From positions 352,001-416,000 of the forward strand of contig CAVZYA010000001.1 in assembly GCA_963779415.1 (NCBI GenBank): a DNA stretch of 64,000 nucleotides. The letters are read 5' to 3'. Under the pieces are notes generated by a model, which saw only the letters and a list, made by a program, of their open reading frames with translations, had not been told where the DNA came from and did no database searches. Shown piece after piece: positions 39,440 to 49,568 of the stretch. The first letter of the stretch is position 1, and the number at the start of each line of letters is the position of its first letter. The position numbers and the translations under genes were made by a program. Source of the DNA: an uncultured Acidobacteriota bacterium (lineage in GTDB: Bacteria; Acidobacteriota; Thermoanaerobaculia; UBA5066).

Positions 39440-40218
39440 TGAGCCAGATGCTGCCCGGTCCCTTCGTCATCGCGGTCATCCTCGTCGTCATCATCTTTCT
39501 CTCGCGATGGATCAACATCCTGAACGAGTACGAGCGGGCCGTCACGTTCTGGCTCGGCCGGCTCGGCGAGGTTCCGAAAGGTCCGGGCCTGACGTTCATC
39601 TTCTGGCCCTTCGAGAAGATGGTGCGGATCGACCTTCGCACCGTCACGCACAACGTCCCGCCCCAGGACGTCATCACGAAGGACAACGTCTCGGTCAAGG
39701 TGAACGCGGTCGTCTACTTCCACGTCATGGACCCGGCGAAGGCGCTCGTCAAGGTGGCGAACTACTTCGACGCCACCTCGCAGCTCGCCCAGACGACGCT
39801 CCGCTCCGTCCTCGGCCAGGCATCGCTCGACGAGCTCCTCTCCGAGCGCGACAAGCTGAACCAGTCGCTCCAGGAGATCATCGACCGGCACACCGAGCCG
39901 TGGGGGATCAAGGTGACCCTCGTGGAGGTGAAGCAGGTCGACCTGCCGATCGAGATGCAGCGCGCCATGGCCAAGCAGGCCGAAGCCGAGCGCGAGAAGC
40001 GGGCCAAGATCATCCATGCCTCGGGCGAGTACGAGGCGTCGCGTCAGCTCTCCGAGGCGGCGGAGATCATCGGACGGCAGCCCGCCACGCTTCAGCTCCG
40101 CTATCTGCAGACGCTGACCGAGATCGCCACGGAGAAGAACTCCACGATCATCTTCCCCCTTCCGATCGACCTGATCTCGACCTTCCTGAACGCGAAGAAG
40201 CCCGGGGCCGGAGGTTGA
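39439..40218 (+). CDS. SPFH/stomatin-like (slipin) protein
   Basis: [40 protein letters not shown]. Confidence 0.95.
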   Translation: MSQMLPGPFVIAVILVVIIFLSRWINILNEYERAVTFWLGRLGEVPKGPGLTFIFWPFEKMVRIDLRTVTHNVPPQDVITKDNVSVKVNAVVYFHVMDPAKALVKVANYFDATSQLAQTTLRSVLGQASLDELLSERDKLNQSLQEIIDRHTEPWGIKVTLVEVKQVDLPIEMQRAMAKQAEAEREKRAKIIHASGEYEASRQLSEAAEIIGRQPATLQLRYLQTLTEIATEKNSTIIFPLPIDLISTFLNAKKPGAGG

Positions 40219-40225
40219 GGCACAC

Positions 40226-40864
40226 GTGAACGAAGAGAACCCGGGCGTCCACTACCAGATCTCGGTCACGGGACGACAGGCGGCGGCCTTCTTTCTCGCG
40301 ATTCTCGTCGCCCTCGCGCTCGCCTTCTATTTCGGAATGAGGACGGGCGCGGCCGCGACGAAAGGCCCGGGGGTCGCCACGACGCTGGCGCAGGTCTCCG
40401 ACCTTCCGGTGCCGTCGCCCGCAGCGACGGCCGAGACGGCACCCGGAAAACCGGAAGAGGTGAAGCTCGGCTTCGCCCCGCCCGCGAAACCCGACACCTC
40501 CTCTCCGGCCGCGGCACCGGCTAAGGAGGCGACGCCGGCACGCGCGAGGGAGGCGGCGGCCCCGACGCCGCGGCCCCAGCCGACGGCGGCTCCTCCGGCG
40601 CCGACGCCCGCTCCGAAGGCGGCCAGGAAGTCCGGGCCATACTACGTACAGGTCCTCGCGACGCAGAATGCGGGCGAGGCCGACGAGAAGACGAAGAAGC
40701 TCCGCGGCGACGGCTTCGCGGCCGACGTGACGCCTGTTCCGAACAAGCCGGGGTGGTTCCGGGTCCGTGTGGGGCCGTTTTCCGACCGGAGCAAGGCCAC
40801 GGCGGCGGCGACGAAGATCCAGAAGGTCGAAAAGACGAAGAGCCGTCCGATCGTCGTTCCGTGA
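40226..40864 (+). CDS. SPOR domain cell division protein (FtsN/DedD-like)
   Basis: N-terminal TM, Pro/Ala linker, YYVQV...FRVRVGPF. Confidence 0.85.
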   Translation: MNEENPGVHYQISVTGRQAAAFFLAILVALALAFYFGMRTGAAATKGPGVATTLAQVSDLPVPSPAATAETAPGKPEEVKLGFAPPAKPDTSSPAAAPAKEATPARAREAAAPTPRPQPTAAPPAPTPAPKAARKSGPYYVQVLATQNAGEADEKTKKLRGDGFAADVTPVPNKPGWFRVRVGPFSDRSKATAAATKIQKVEKTKSRPIVVP

Positions 40865-41739
40865 GCCGCCCCGGGCCGGTCCGCGGCGAGCCGGCGCTGC
40901 CGCCCTGGATCCGCGAAAAGAAGCTGCGCCTCTCGGGCCTCCACGAGATGAAGTCGCGGATGCGGCGGGGAAAGCTCTCGACCGTCTGCGAGGAGGCACG
41001 TTGCCCGAACCGGACGGAGTGCTTCGAGCGGAAGACCGCCACCTTCCTCCTCTGCGGAGACGTCTGCACCCGCTCCTGCGGCTTCTGTCACATCGTGTCG
41101 GGACGGCCCCGCCCCCTCGATCCGGAGGAGCCGCGGGAGGTCGTCCACGCCGTGGGCGAGATGGGGCTCTCCCACGTCGTCCTCACCTCGGTCGACCGCG
41201 ACGACCTTCCGGACGGCGGAGCCGCTCACTGGGCCGCCGTGGTCCGCGCTTTGAAGGAGGACGACGCGCGGCGGACCGTGGAGGTCCTGACCCCCGATTT
41301 CGGCGGCGCGGAGCCATCGATCGACCTCGTCGCGGACGCCGGTCCCGACGTCTACAACCACAACGTCGAGACGGTGCCGCGGCTCTACCCGACCGTTCGG
41401 CCGAAGTCCGGGTTCGAAAGGTCGGTCGGGCTCCTCGCGCGCGTGAAGAAGCGTCACCCCTCCATGACGACGAAGTCGGGGTTCATGCTCGGCCTCGGCG
41501 AGAAGGACGACGAGGTCCTGGAGGTGCTGCGTGCCCTCCGGGGCGCGGGGGTGGAGGTCGTCACGGTGGGGCAGTACCTGCGCCCCTCGGCGTGGAACCT
41601 GCCGGTCGTCGAGTACGCGACCCCCGAACGGTTTGCCTCGCTTCAGGAAGCCGGCGAAGAGCTCGGATTCCGCCACGTCTTCGCGGGGCCGTTTGTCCGA
41701 TCGAGCTATCGGGCCGAAGAATTTCTTGGAAGCGAATAG
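40861..41739 (+). CDS. lipA: Lipoyl synthase
   Basis: CEEARCPNRTEC, CTRSCGFC, RSSY. Confidence 0.95.
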   Translation: MSRPGPVRGEPALPPWIREKKLRLSGLHEMKSRMRRGKLSTVCEEARCPNRTECFERKTATFLLCGDVCTRSCGFCHIVSGRPRPLDPEEPREVVHAVGEMGLSHVVLTSVDRDDLPDGGAAHWAAVVRALKEDDARRTVEVLTPDFGGAEPSIDLVADAGPDVYNHNVETVPRLYPTVRPKSGFERSVGLLARVKKRHPSMTTKSGFMLGLGEKDDEVLEVLRALRGAGVEVVTVGQYLRPSAWNLPVVEYATPERFASLQEAGEELGFRHVFAGPFVRSSYRAEEFLGSE

Positions 41740-41806
41740 GGAAATTTCTTAAAGGTGAATAGGGCGAAGGTGAAGCCGAAGCGCAACTCGCCGCGCGAGC
41801 CATCGC

Positions 41807-43390
41807 ATGCTGCCTCTATTACCTTCTAAGAAGATCCCCCGGGCTCTTTCGGCCTCTCTCTCGGGCCTTCTTCTGGCTCTCTGTTTCCCGAATGCCTCTC
41901 TTCTCCCGCTTCTTCCCGTCGCCCTGATCCCGCTGATGGCGGCGGTCGATGGCGTTCGCGGGCGCGACGCCGTTCTCTTCGGCTCGATCTTCGGCTTTGT
42001 CTTCTGGGTCACGGCGATTCCCTGGATCGCTTTCACGGTGAGCACATTCGGCGGCGTGGGACCCGTGATCGGCCTCCTGGCCCTCGCCATCACGGCCGGC
42101 ATCCTTGCCGTCCCGTTCGCCCTGATGACGTGGGCGGTTTCTCTCGTGTCGCCACGGTCCGGGACAGGGTTCGTCTTGACATGGGGCGCGGCGTGGGTGG
42201 CTCAGGAGGGATTCCGGACGTACGTCTACATCTTCGGCGGCTTCCCGTGGATCCTTCTCGGAAGCGCGATGGCCGACCATCCCGTTCTCGTCCAGAGCGC
42301 CGCCCTCGGAGGGATCGAGCTGACGTCCTTTCTCGTCGCGGCCCTGAATGCGGCGCTCTATGTCGCCCTGACGCGCCCGGACAGGACGAAGCGGCTCCTC
42401 TGGCTGGCGGGAGCCTGCGCGGCGTCCCTCGCCGTCGTCGTCGCCGGGGGCGCCCGCCTCGGAGAAACCCCCGACGCCTCGACGATCCTCCGCGTCGGGA
42501 TCGTCCAGTCGAACGTCGAGCAGCAGGTCCGCTGGGACGAAGGGACGTCGAATCGTCAGTGGAAGGGGCTGGAGGCCCAGACGCGACGGCTCGTGGCGCA
42601 GGACCGGCCGGACGTCGTCCTCTGGCCCGAGAGCGCGTCCCCCTATTCCTGGCCGTGGGACGCGGGCTACCGGAAAGAGGTGACGGCCCTCTGCCGAGAG
42701 CTTCGGATCGCAATCCTGCTGAACACCGCCTGGTCGGACGAGCCGTGGCGGCCGGACGCGCCCTACTACAACGCCGCTCTCCTCGTGACGGGGGACGGCC
42801 CGGTCCTTCCGCCTTACCGGAAGCAGCGCCTCGTTCCGTTCGGAGAGTACGTCCCGCTCGCGTCGATCCTCCGGTTCATCGGGCCGATCAGCCGGGCCGT
42901 CCCCGGCTCCTTCACCCCCTCCCCGTCGTCGGACCTGATCCGGCTCGGCCGCGTCCGCCTCGGCGGCGCCATTTGCTACGAGGTGGTCTATCCGTGGATC
43001 GCCCGCGCGCACGTCCGGGCCGGGGCCGACGTTCTTTTCACCCTTACGAACGACGCCTGGTACGGCCGGATGGGGGCGCAGCGGCAGCACTGGCAGGCCG
43101 CCGTGATGCGGGCCGTCGAGACCGGGCGCCCGCTCGTCCGCGCCGCGATCACCGGGATCAGCGGCGCCGTTGCGCCGGACGGGACCGTTCTCGACTCTCT
43201 CGGCCCGGGCCTGAGAGGGTCGCTCGTCCTGCCGCTCCCGCGGCCGAAGGCCGGGGTCCCGGCCGTCGCGCTCGGGGAGAGCGTCCTTCTGGTTTGCGCC
43301 GGCGGCCTTGGGGCCGCTATCCTCCGCCGCCGGGTCTCCCCGCCCCGGGAGCCCCGCGCGGCGCGGGCGCAAGACTCGCGCGCCGCTTGA
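41807..43390 (+). CDS. lnt: Apolipoprotein N-acyltransferase
   Basis: GFPW, WPES, KQRLVPFGEY, ICYE, TNDAWY. Confidence 0.95.
   Translation: MLPLLPSKKIPRALSASLSGLLLALCFPNASLLPLLPVALIPLMAAVDGVRGRDAVLFGSIFGFVFWVTAIPWIAFTVSTFGGVGPVIGLLALAITAGILAVPFALMTWAVSLVSPRSGTGFVLTWGAAWVAQEGFRTYVYIFGGFPWILLGSAMADHPVLVQSAALGGIELTSFLVAALNAALYVALTRPDRTKRLLWLAGACAASLAVVVAGGARLGETPDASTILRVGIVQSNVEQQVRWDEGTSNRQWKGLEAQTRRLVAQDRPDVVLWPESASPYSWPWDAGYRKEVTALCRELRIAILLNTAWSDEPWRPDAPYYNAALLVTGDGPVLPPYRKQRLVPFGEYVPLASILRFIGPISRAVPGSFTPSPSSDLIRLGRVRLGGAICYEVVYPWIARAHVRAGADVLFTLTNDAWYGRMGAQRQHWQAAVMRAVETGRPLVRAAITGISGAVAPDGTVLDSLGPGLRGSLVLPLPRPKAGVPAVALGESVLLVCAGGLGAAILRRRVSPPREPRAARAQDSRAA
41816..41835 (-). repeat. Intragenic AT-rich motif copy (ATCTTCTTAGAAGGTAATAG)
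   Basis: Near-identical to other copies; faces plus-strand variants at 41721-41739 and 41744-41762. Confidence 0.7.
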
Positions 43391-43401
43391 GGAGTGTGGC
43401 C

Positions 43402-44554
43402 ATGAACGAAGAGAGGATCGAACGGCTCACGGAGCTGGCGTCCTCGGTCCGCGCCCTCCGGGGCTATCTTTGACCTCGCCCGTGCGGAGAGGGAGAAGGC
43501 CGAGCTGGAGGAGAAGTCGGGTGTCGAGGGCTTCTGGAACGACAACATCACGGCGCAGGAGACGCTCCGGAAGCTGAAGCGGGCCGAGAACGTCCTGGCC
43601 GACGACCGGCTGCTGAAGGAAAAACAGGAGGAGCTGGAGATCCTTCTCGAGTTCCTGAGGGCAGGCGAGCCCGTCGAGAAGGACGTCGACACTGCCCTCG
43701 CCTCGATCGGGGCGTTCGCAAGGGAGAAGGAGCTGACCTTCAAGCTGACCAACCCGGAGGACCCTCTTCCCGCCATCCTCGAAATCCACGCCGGCGCGGG
43801 CGGGACGGAAGCGCAGGACTGGGCCGAGATGCTCCTCCGGATGTACGAGCGGTACGGCGAGCGGAAGGGATGGAAGACGAGCATTCTCGAAGCCTCGTAC
43901 GCCGACGACGCCGGTATCAAGACGGCGACGCTACGCTTCGAAGGGGAGTACGCCTACGGCCACATGAAGTCCGAGCACGGCGTCCACCGGCTCGTCCGGA
44001 TCTCGCCGTTCGACGCGGCCGCCCGCCGCCACACCTCCTTCGCATCGGTCCACGTCTCGCCCGAGATCGACGACTCGATCGAGGTGGAGATCAACGACAA
44101 GGATCTGAAGATCGACACCTTCCGCGCCGGAGGGAAGGGAGGCCAGCACGTCAACAAGACGGAGTCGGCCATCCGGATCACGCACCTTCCGTCCGGGATC
44201 GTCGTCTCGTGTCAGAACGAGCGCTCCCAGCACAAGAACCGGGAGTTCGCCATGAAGGTCCTCCGGTCGCGCCTCTACGTGAAGGCCGTGGAGGAGCGGC
44301 GGGCCAAGGACGCGGCGCGGGCCGGCGTGAAGATGGAGATCGGCTTCGGCTCCCAGATCCGCTCGTACGTTCTCGCCCCCTACCGTCTCGTGAAGGACCA
44401 CCGGACCGGCTTCGAGATGGGGGACGTCGACCGTGTCCTCGACGGGGACCTCGACGGGTACGTCGAGGCGTACCTCCAGAGCTTCGTCCGGCACGGAGAC
44501 AGGATCCGGACGCGCCAGTCGGCGGCCGGCCTTCCGGAGGAGACCGACGCGTGA
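43402..44554 (+). CDS. prfB: Peptide chain release factor 2 with programmed +1 frameshift
   Basis: MNEERIERL..LRGYL then CTT TGA C at 43468-43474; SPF anticodon motif, GGQ. Confidence 0.95.
43459..43474 (+). other. prfB +1 ribosomal frameshift site
   Basis: CGGGGC TAT CTT TGA C, matching the internal SD-like element plus CTT-TGA-C slippery site. Confidence 0.92.
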
Positions 44555-45180
44555 GCCACGAGGCTCCTTCTCCTTCTTCCGGGAGCTGGATGGAGGAGAT
44601 CCGGTCGAAGCTGAACCGGAGCTGGCCCGTCCGCGAGATCCTGAACGAGAAGGTCGGCGACGGCCCGATCAAGCCGGCGGCGGTTCTCCTCCCTCTCTAC
44701 GTCCGTGAGCACGCGCTCTGGACTCTCTTCACGAAGCGGACGGATACGGTCGAGCACCACAAGGGACAGATCTCCTTCCCGGGCGGAGGGAGGCACCCCG
44801 AGGACGAGAATCTCTGGGTGACGGCGATCCGGGAGACCGAGGAGGAGATCGGCGTCCCGCGCGAGAGCGTCCGGCTCCTCGGCGCCCTGCCGCGGATGCT
44901 GACGGTGACGGACTTCGAGGTGTCGCCATTCGTCGGGGCGATTCCCTACCCGGTCGAGTTCCGGCCGGAACCGGGGGAGGTGGAGTCGATACTCGAGATT
45001 CCCCTCTCGTACCTTCTCGACCCGCAGGTCGTCGAGGAGAAGGTCCTCCGCTGGAAGGGGCGCGACGTGCCGACGCTCGTCTACCACTACCACGGCCACG
45101 CCATCTGGGGCGCGACCGCCCGGATCCTCGCCGACTTCCTCGAAGCGCTGCGGGAGGGACCTGCCCCGGTTCCCGGCTGA
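44551..45180 (+). CDS. CoA pyrophosphatase (NudL-like NUDIX)
   Basis: AAVLLPL, HKGQISFPGG, RETEEEIG, IWGATA. Confidence 0.9.
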   Translation: MSHEAPSPSSGSWMEEIRSKLNRSWPVREILNEKVGDGPIKPAAVLLPLYVREHALWTLFTKRTDTVEHHKGQISFPGGGRHPEDENLWVTAIRETEEEIGVPRESVRLLGALPRMLTVTDFEVSPFVGAIPYPVEFRPEPGEVESILEIPLSYLLDPQVVEEKVLRWKGRDVPTLVYHYHGHAIWGATARILADFLEALREGPAPVPG

Positions 45181-45218
45181 GGCTGACATCCTCGAATAGA
45201 TTCGCGTTCGAACCGCGG

Positions 45219-47824
45219 CTACTGGGGTACGCCCGCGACATATGAGCCGTCGTCCGTGCCCGCGCCGGGTGTTGCTCCGTCGTTGAGGATCGCGTAGGCC
45301 GCGAAGGGCCAGGCGACGGGCTCCGAGAAGACCGGCGTCACTGCGAGCCCACCCGCGCGTCACCCCGGGCGCGACCTCCCGGAGAATCGCGTTGAGCTGC
45401 ACGAGCTCGTTTGGTTGCAGCTGCATCGACGTCGTCCCGGCGAGAACTCCCGTCGTTCCGTCGAAGATGTCGATTCGGTAATCCGTCGCCGGTGTAGCCC
45501 AGATTCACGAAGCCGAGATTCGTTCGCGTGTTCATCGTCCTGCCTGAGGTCCGGGAGGACGCATGGAGTACCCACCATGGAGTTCCTGTGACACCGCCGG
45601 CTCGTAAACGCCATACGACCGGCCGGACACGGGAGCGCTCGAGACGCGGATCCCGGCATAGAGCTGCGTCTGGCCGCTCATGCCCTGAAGGTAGAGCGGG
45701 CTCACTACGGGCGTGCCTGCGGCGGGCACGCCGTCGAGCCCACGGCGCCGCATCTCGGCGAAGAGGTCGGGCAGGTAGAACGTGGCGCCGGGAGCGACGG
45801 TCTCGGTGAGAACGGTTCCCGTCACGACGAGCGTGACCCGAAGCGGAAGGGGCTCCGTCCCGGTGTTCGTTGCCATGAACTCCGTCCCGTACCGGCTCGT
45901 CTGGGCGGCGTTAGGAACGATCCACTCGCCGGCGAATTCCGCCGATTCGGTGACGGCCGGAACGAAGGAGCCGTCGCCTGAGCCGGCGTCGTTCACGGCG
46001 CCCCATGCGAGATAGGGCGCGTTGCCTCCGACCCGCTCGATGCGCGCCCACCCGAGCGGAGCGGCTAGTCCCGCCGACGCGAGGAGACGGCTGAACTGGA
46101 AAAACGCCCCCGGCATCAGGACGACGTCGGGCATCGCGACAGGAGTCTCTGTACCGGGCGTGCCGGGAGAGACGGTGACGCGAAGAGTGATCGGGCCGTC
46201 CGCCTCACTCCCGGCGTTGACGAGTGCGAGGTTCGTCCGGTCCTTCGCGCTCTCGATGAGCCACGGCACGACGGAAGGGCCGCGAAGGAGCGCGAGGTTG
46301 GACACGCCTCCGTACGAGACCCCGGCATGCGCCGGCGTCGTCGTCCGGACGGTGGCGACCACGGCGCGGGGCGAGGAAGCACCGGACGTCTCGATCCGGA
46401 GCGTGCCGACGACGTTTCCCTCGCTGGAGATCGCGAGACCGGCCTCGCGGAGGAACTCCGCGGCCGAAGGGAGCGAAAAGCTGCCGCCCGGCCGGAATGT
46501 CCCGCTCGACGGTGCCGCTGCCGTCCCCTTTCGATGCGACGTAGCGCATCGTCACGTGCGCTTGAGACGTCCCCGAGTTCGTCAGGAGAAGGTCCGATTC
46601 GAATCGCGTGCCGTAGAGGCCCGTCGTCGAGACGATGACCGGAACCGCGAGAACGTCCACCCGGGCACCCGAGAGCCCGAGGACCTCGACGCCTCCCGCC
46701 GTCCCGAGAAGAAGCTCGTCGCGGCCGTCGCCATTCCAGTCCGCGCTGCGTCATGCGGGAGCGACGGAGAGTGGTGGGGAGGCGGGAAGGGACAGATGGC
46801 TGGTAGTGAACCCCCGGGCCCGTACGTCATAGAGCGACAGGTACGTGCCCGTCGAATCCTGCTCGGAGAAGACGATCTCGGATTTGCCGTCTCCGTCGAG
46901 ATCGGCCACGGCCAGAATCACCCGCAGGATAGAGGCTCCACGTCTCGGATGGTCGCTATCGAATGGAAGAGGCCGCCGCCGTCGTTCCGGTACACGTTGA
47001 CGTAGGAACGGCGGAAACCCGACCCACGTCGAGATAGAGGATATCAGGCCGTCCGTCGCCGTCGATGTCGGCGAGGAGTGCGGGGCCCGGATAGAGGGCC
47101 TGGCAGGATCGAGCCCGAGGCGGACGAACGTCCCGTCCCCCTTTCCGAGCCAGACGGAGACGGAACCTTGATCAGCCGTGACGACGAGATCGGCGTGGCC
47201 GTCGCCGTCGAGGTCGCCGGCCGAGAGGAGCGTTGAACGCCGACAGCACGTCGGTGATCTCGGTCCTTGTGGGGGCCCTCGAACTGGAAACCGCCTCTGG
47301 AGAGAGAACACCGAGACGACAGGCTGAAGAGCCGGATAAGCCTGAACCGCAGCGAGGTCGGTCCGGCCGTCGCCGTCAAAGTCTGCCGCGACGAGATCAA
47401 ACAGCTGGTCGCTCGTCGGGATCGTCACGGCAGGGAAGAACCGTCCGGTGCCATCTCCTCGCAGGAGGACGATCTCGTTCGTCCCGGTCAGGGCAAGGTC
47501 GGTGAATCCGTCGCCGTCGAAGTCCCCGAGGACCGGCGAAGCAGCGAGGGGCGTCACGATCGGCTCGGAGACCTTCCCGGCAGGCCAGGCGCTGATCGAC
47601 CGGTATCCGAAGCTGAGAACGAAGAGCGGACCGCCCGCCGCAAGACGCGTGACTGCTACCGGGCCGGGTGTCCCGCCCTCCGCGGCAGGCAACTCGGCGA
47701 CGATCGAGAGGCCTTCGCCGCCGGCCGGTGCGCCAAGGAGGGCGGAGAGTGCGGCGAGGACCGTCCCGAGCCGTCTCATGCCGAACCGGAGGAATGCAAA
47801 TCTGGGGCCGGGCCCGGGCGACAT
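45219..47824 (-). CDS. Secreted FG-GAP/VCBS repeat protein with C-terminal tandem uncharacterised beta-domains; multiply frameshifted
   Basis: Signal peptide; GDFDGDG/ADFDGDG/GDLDGDG repeats; RTNLALVN..VNDAGSGDGSFV and RTNLGFVN..LNDG..DDGSYV repeats; stop at 45219. Confidence 0.65.
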
Positions 47825-47836
47825 CTTTTCCGGCCG

Positions 47837-49539
47837 TCAGTGCGGCGGCGGGATCGACGCGTCCTGAAGGAACTTCGCGGCGGCGAGGGCCCGGTCCCGG
47901 CTCGTCCCGTAGGCGGATATCGAGGGGGCCTTCTCCGCGGCGCGCGCGAAATCACGCGAGGCCTCGGTGAACGCCCCTTGCTCCGCCGCGAAGAGCCCGG
48001 CCTCGTTCCAGATCTCGGCCGTCCCCAGCTCCACGGCGCTCTCGATCGTCTCGCCGGCTTCCTTCGTCCGGCCCGAAAGGCGCTCGGCGCGGAGGAGCGC
48101 CCAAAGGGCATCCGCGTTCTTCGGATCGAGCAGGACGGCCCGCCGGAGCGGGTTCGATGGCCTCCGAGGGAAGCTGGCGCTGGAGCTGGAGCGTGCCGAG
48201 CCCGACGAGGGCCGGCACGTAGTCGGGATCGCAACGGAGCGCCTCACGGTACTCGCGCTCGGCCTCCCGGAACTGGTTCTTCATCCGGAGGACGACCGCG
48301 AGGTTCGCGTGGACGACCTCCCGCTCCGGCGCCGCCGTGACGGCCCCCATGAGCGGCTCGATCGCGGCTTCGGGTTTCCTCTCGGCAAGGAGGATCGCGG
48401 CGTACTCGGTCAGAATCGGAGCGTCGCCCGGGAGCGCCTCCGAGGCTGCCGCGAAGACCTGCGCGGCACGCTCGAGATTTCCTTCCGCCCGGAGCTTCCG
48501 ACCGAGGGAGACGATCCGGTCCCGGTTGGCGGGATTGACCTCGGTGGCGCGTTTCAGCGCATCGAGGGCGCCGGCCCAGTTCTTCTCCCCGGAGTAGAAG
48601 TCGTAGAGGACGAGGAGAGTCCTCTCGTTCCTCTCGTTGTACTTGAGCGACTGCTTGAAGAGCGCCTCGGCCATCGTCTTCTCGCCCCGCTGGAGCTGGA
48701 CCTCGCCGAGAAGCCGGTAGGCGTCGCTGGAGCTGGGCTCGATCTCGATCTGGCGGTTTGCCGCCGCGAGGGCGTTCTGGAGATCGCCCCGCTCCAGCGC
48801 CTGCTTTCCGAGCGCGAGATAGTCGACCGATGACGGCGCCGGGCGAGGGGGCGCGGCGGCCGGGGGCGGGGGCAGGAGCCGGCGCGACCGTCGCGGAGGG
48901 AGCGGCCGTCGGCGCCGGAGCCGAATCGGGGGGAGCCGGTTTCGGCGGAGCGGCTCCGGCGGTTCCGAGGCCGGCGGCGGAACGAACACGCGCCGCCTCG
49001 GCGACACGACCCTTCATCTCGAGGGCCGCCGCGAGCGTCTCGGCACCTTCCTTCCCGAGTCTGTCCGGAGGGACGTTGTACGTGAGGTCGTGGATCACCT
49101 CGTCGGCGAGGCCGTCCTTCAGCCTCGCCTTCGCCATCCGGAGAGTCTCGGCCACGTCCACGGCGGCCGCGGCCGCCGCGCTCTTCACGGAGGCACGGAC
49201 CTCCTCGACGAGCTTCATGAAGTCCGCGGAATAGAAATCGGGGACGACCTCCTGATCGGGGTTCAGGGTGAAGACGGAGCGGAGCGCTTCGCGCGCTTCC
49301 TTCGGGTTCCGGGCGTTGAACTGCGACCAGGCCTCTCCGAGATGCATCTTCGCGCGGCGCGAGGGGTCCGACGCGGCTTCGGCCGCGAGCTGGTACTTGA
49401 TGGCCGCCTGGCGGAAGTGTCCCTGGTTGAACTCCTTCCGGGCTTCCCGTTCGTACGACTCGGAGGCTTCCTGCGCGCGGGCCGGCGGCGAGAGAAGCGC
49501 GAAGAGAAGCGCCGCCACGAGGAAGCTCGACCGACCCAC
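47837..49539 (-). CDS. Secreted tetratricopeptide repeat protein; frameshifted
   Basis: Signal peptide, Pro/Ala linker, serial TPR helices in three consecutive frames. Confidence 0.7.
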
Positions 49540-49568
49540 GGGTCGATTCTAGTCGGCCCTCGAGAACG

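Noticed and set aside
43459-43474. Internal stop in prfB as a novel recoding event
   Set aside because: This is the well-known autoregulatory RF2 +1 frameshift
45219-48850. Fragmented FG-GAP and TPR genes as separate small ORFs or pseudogenes
   Set aside because: Fragments join into continuous proteins across frames; same local indel-error pattern
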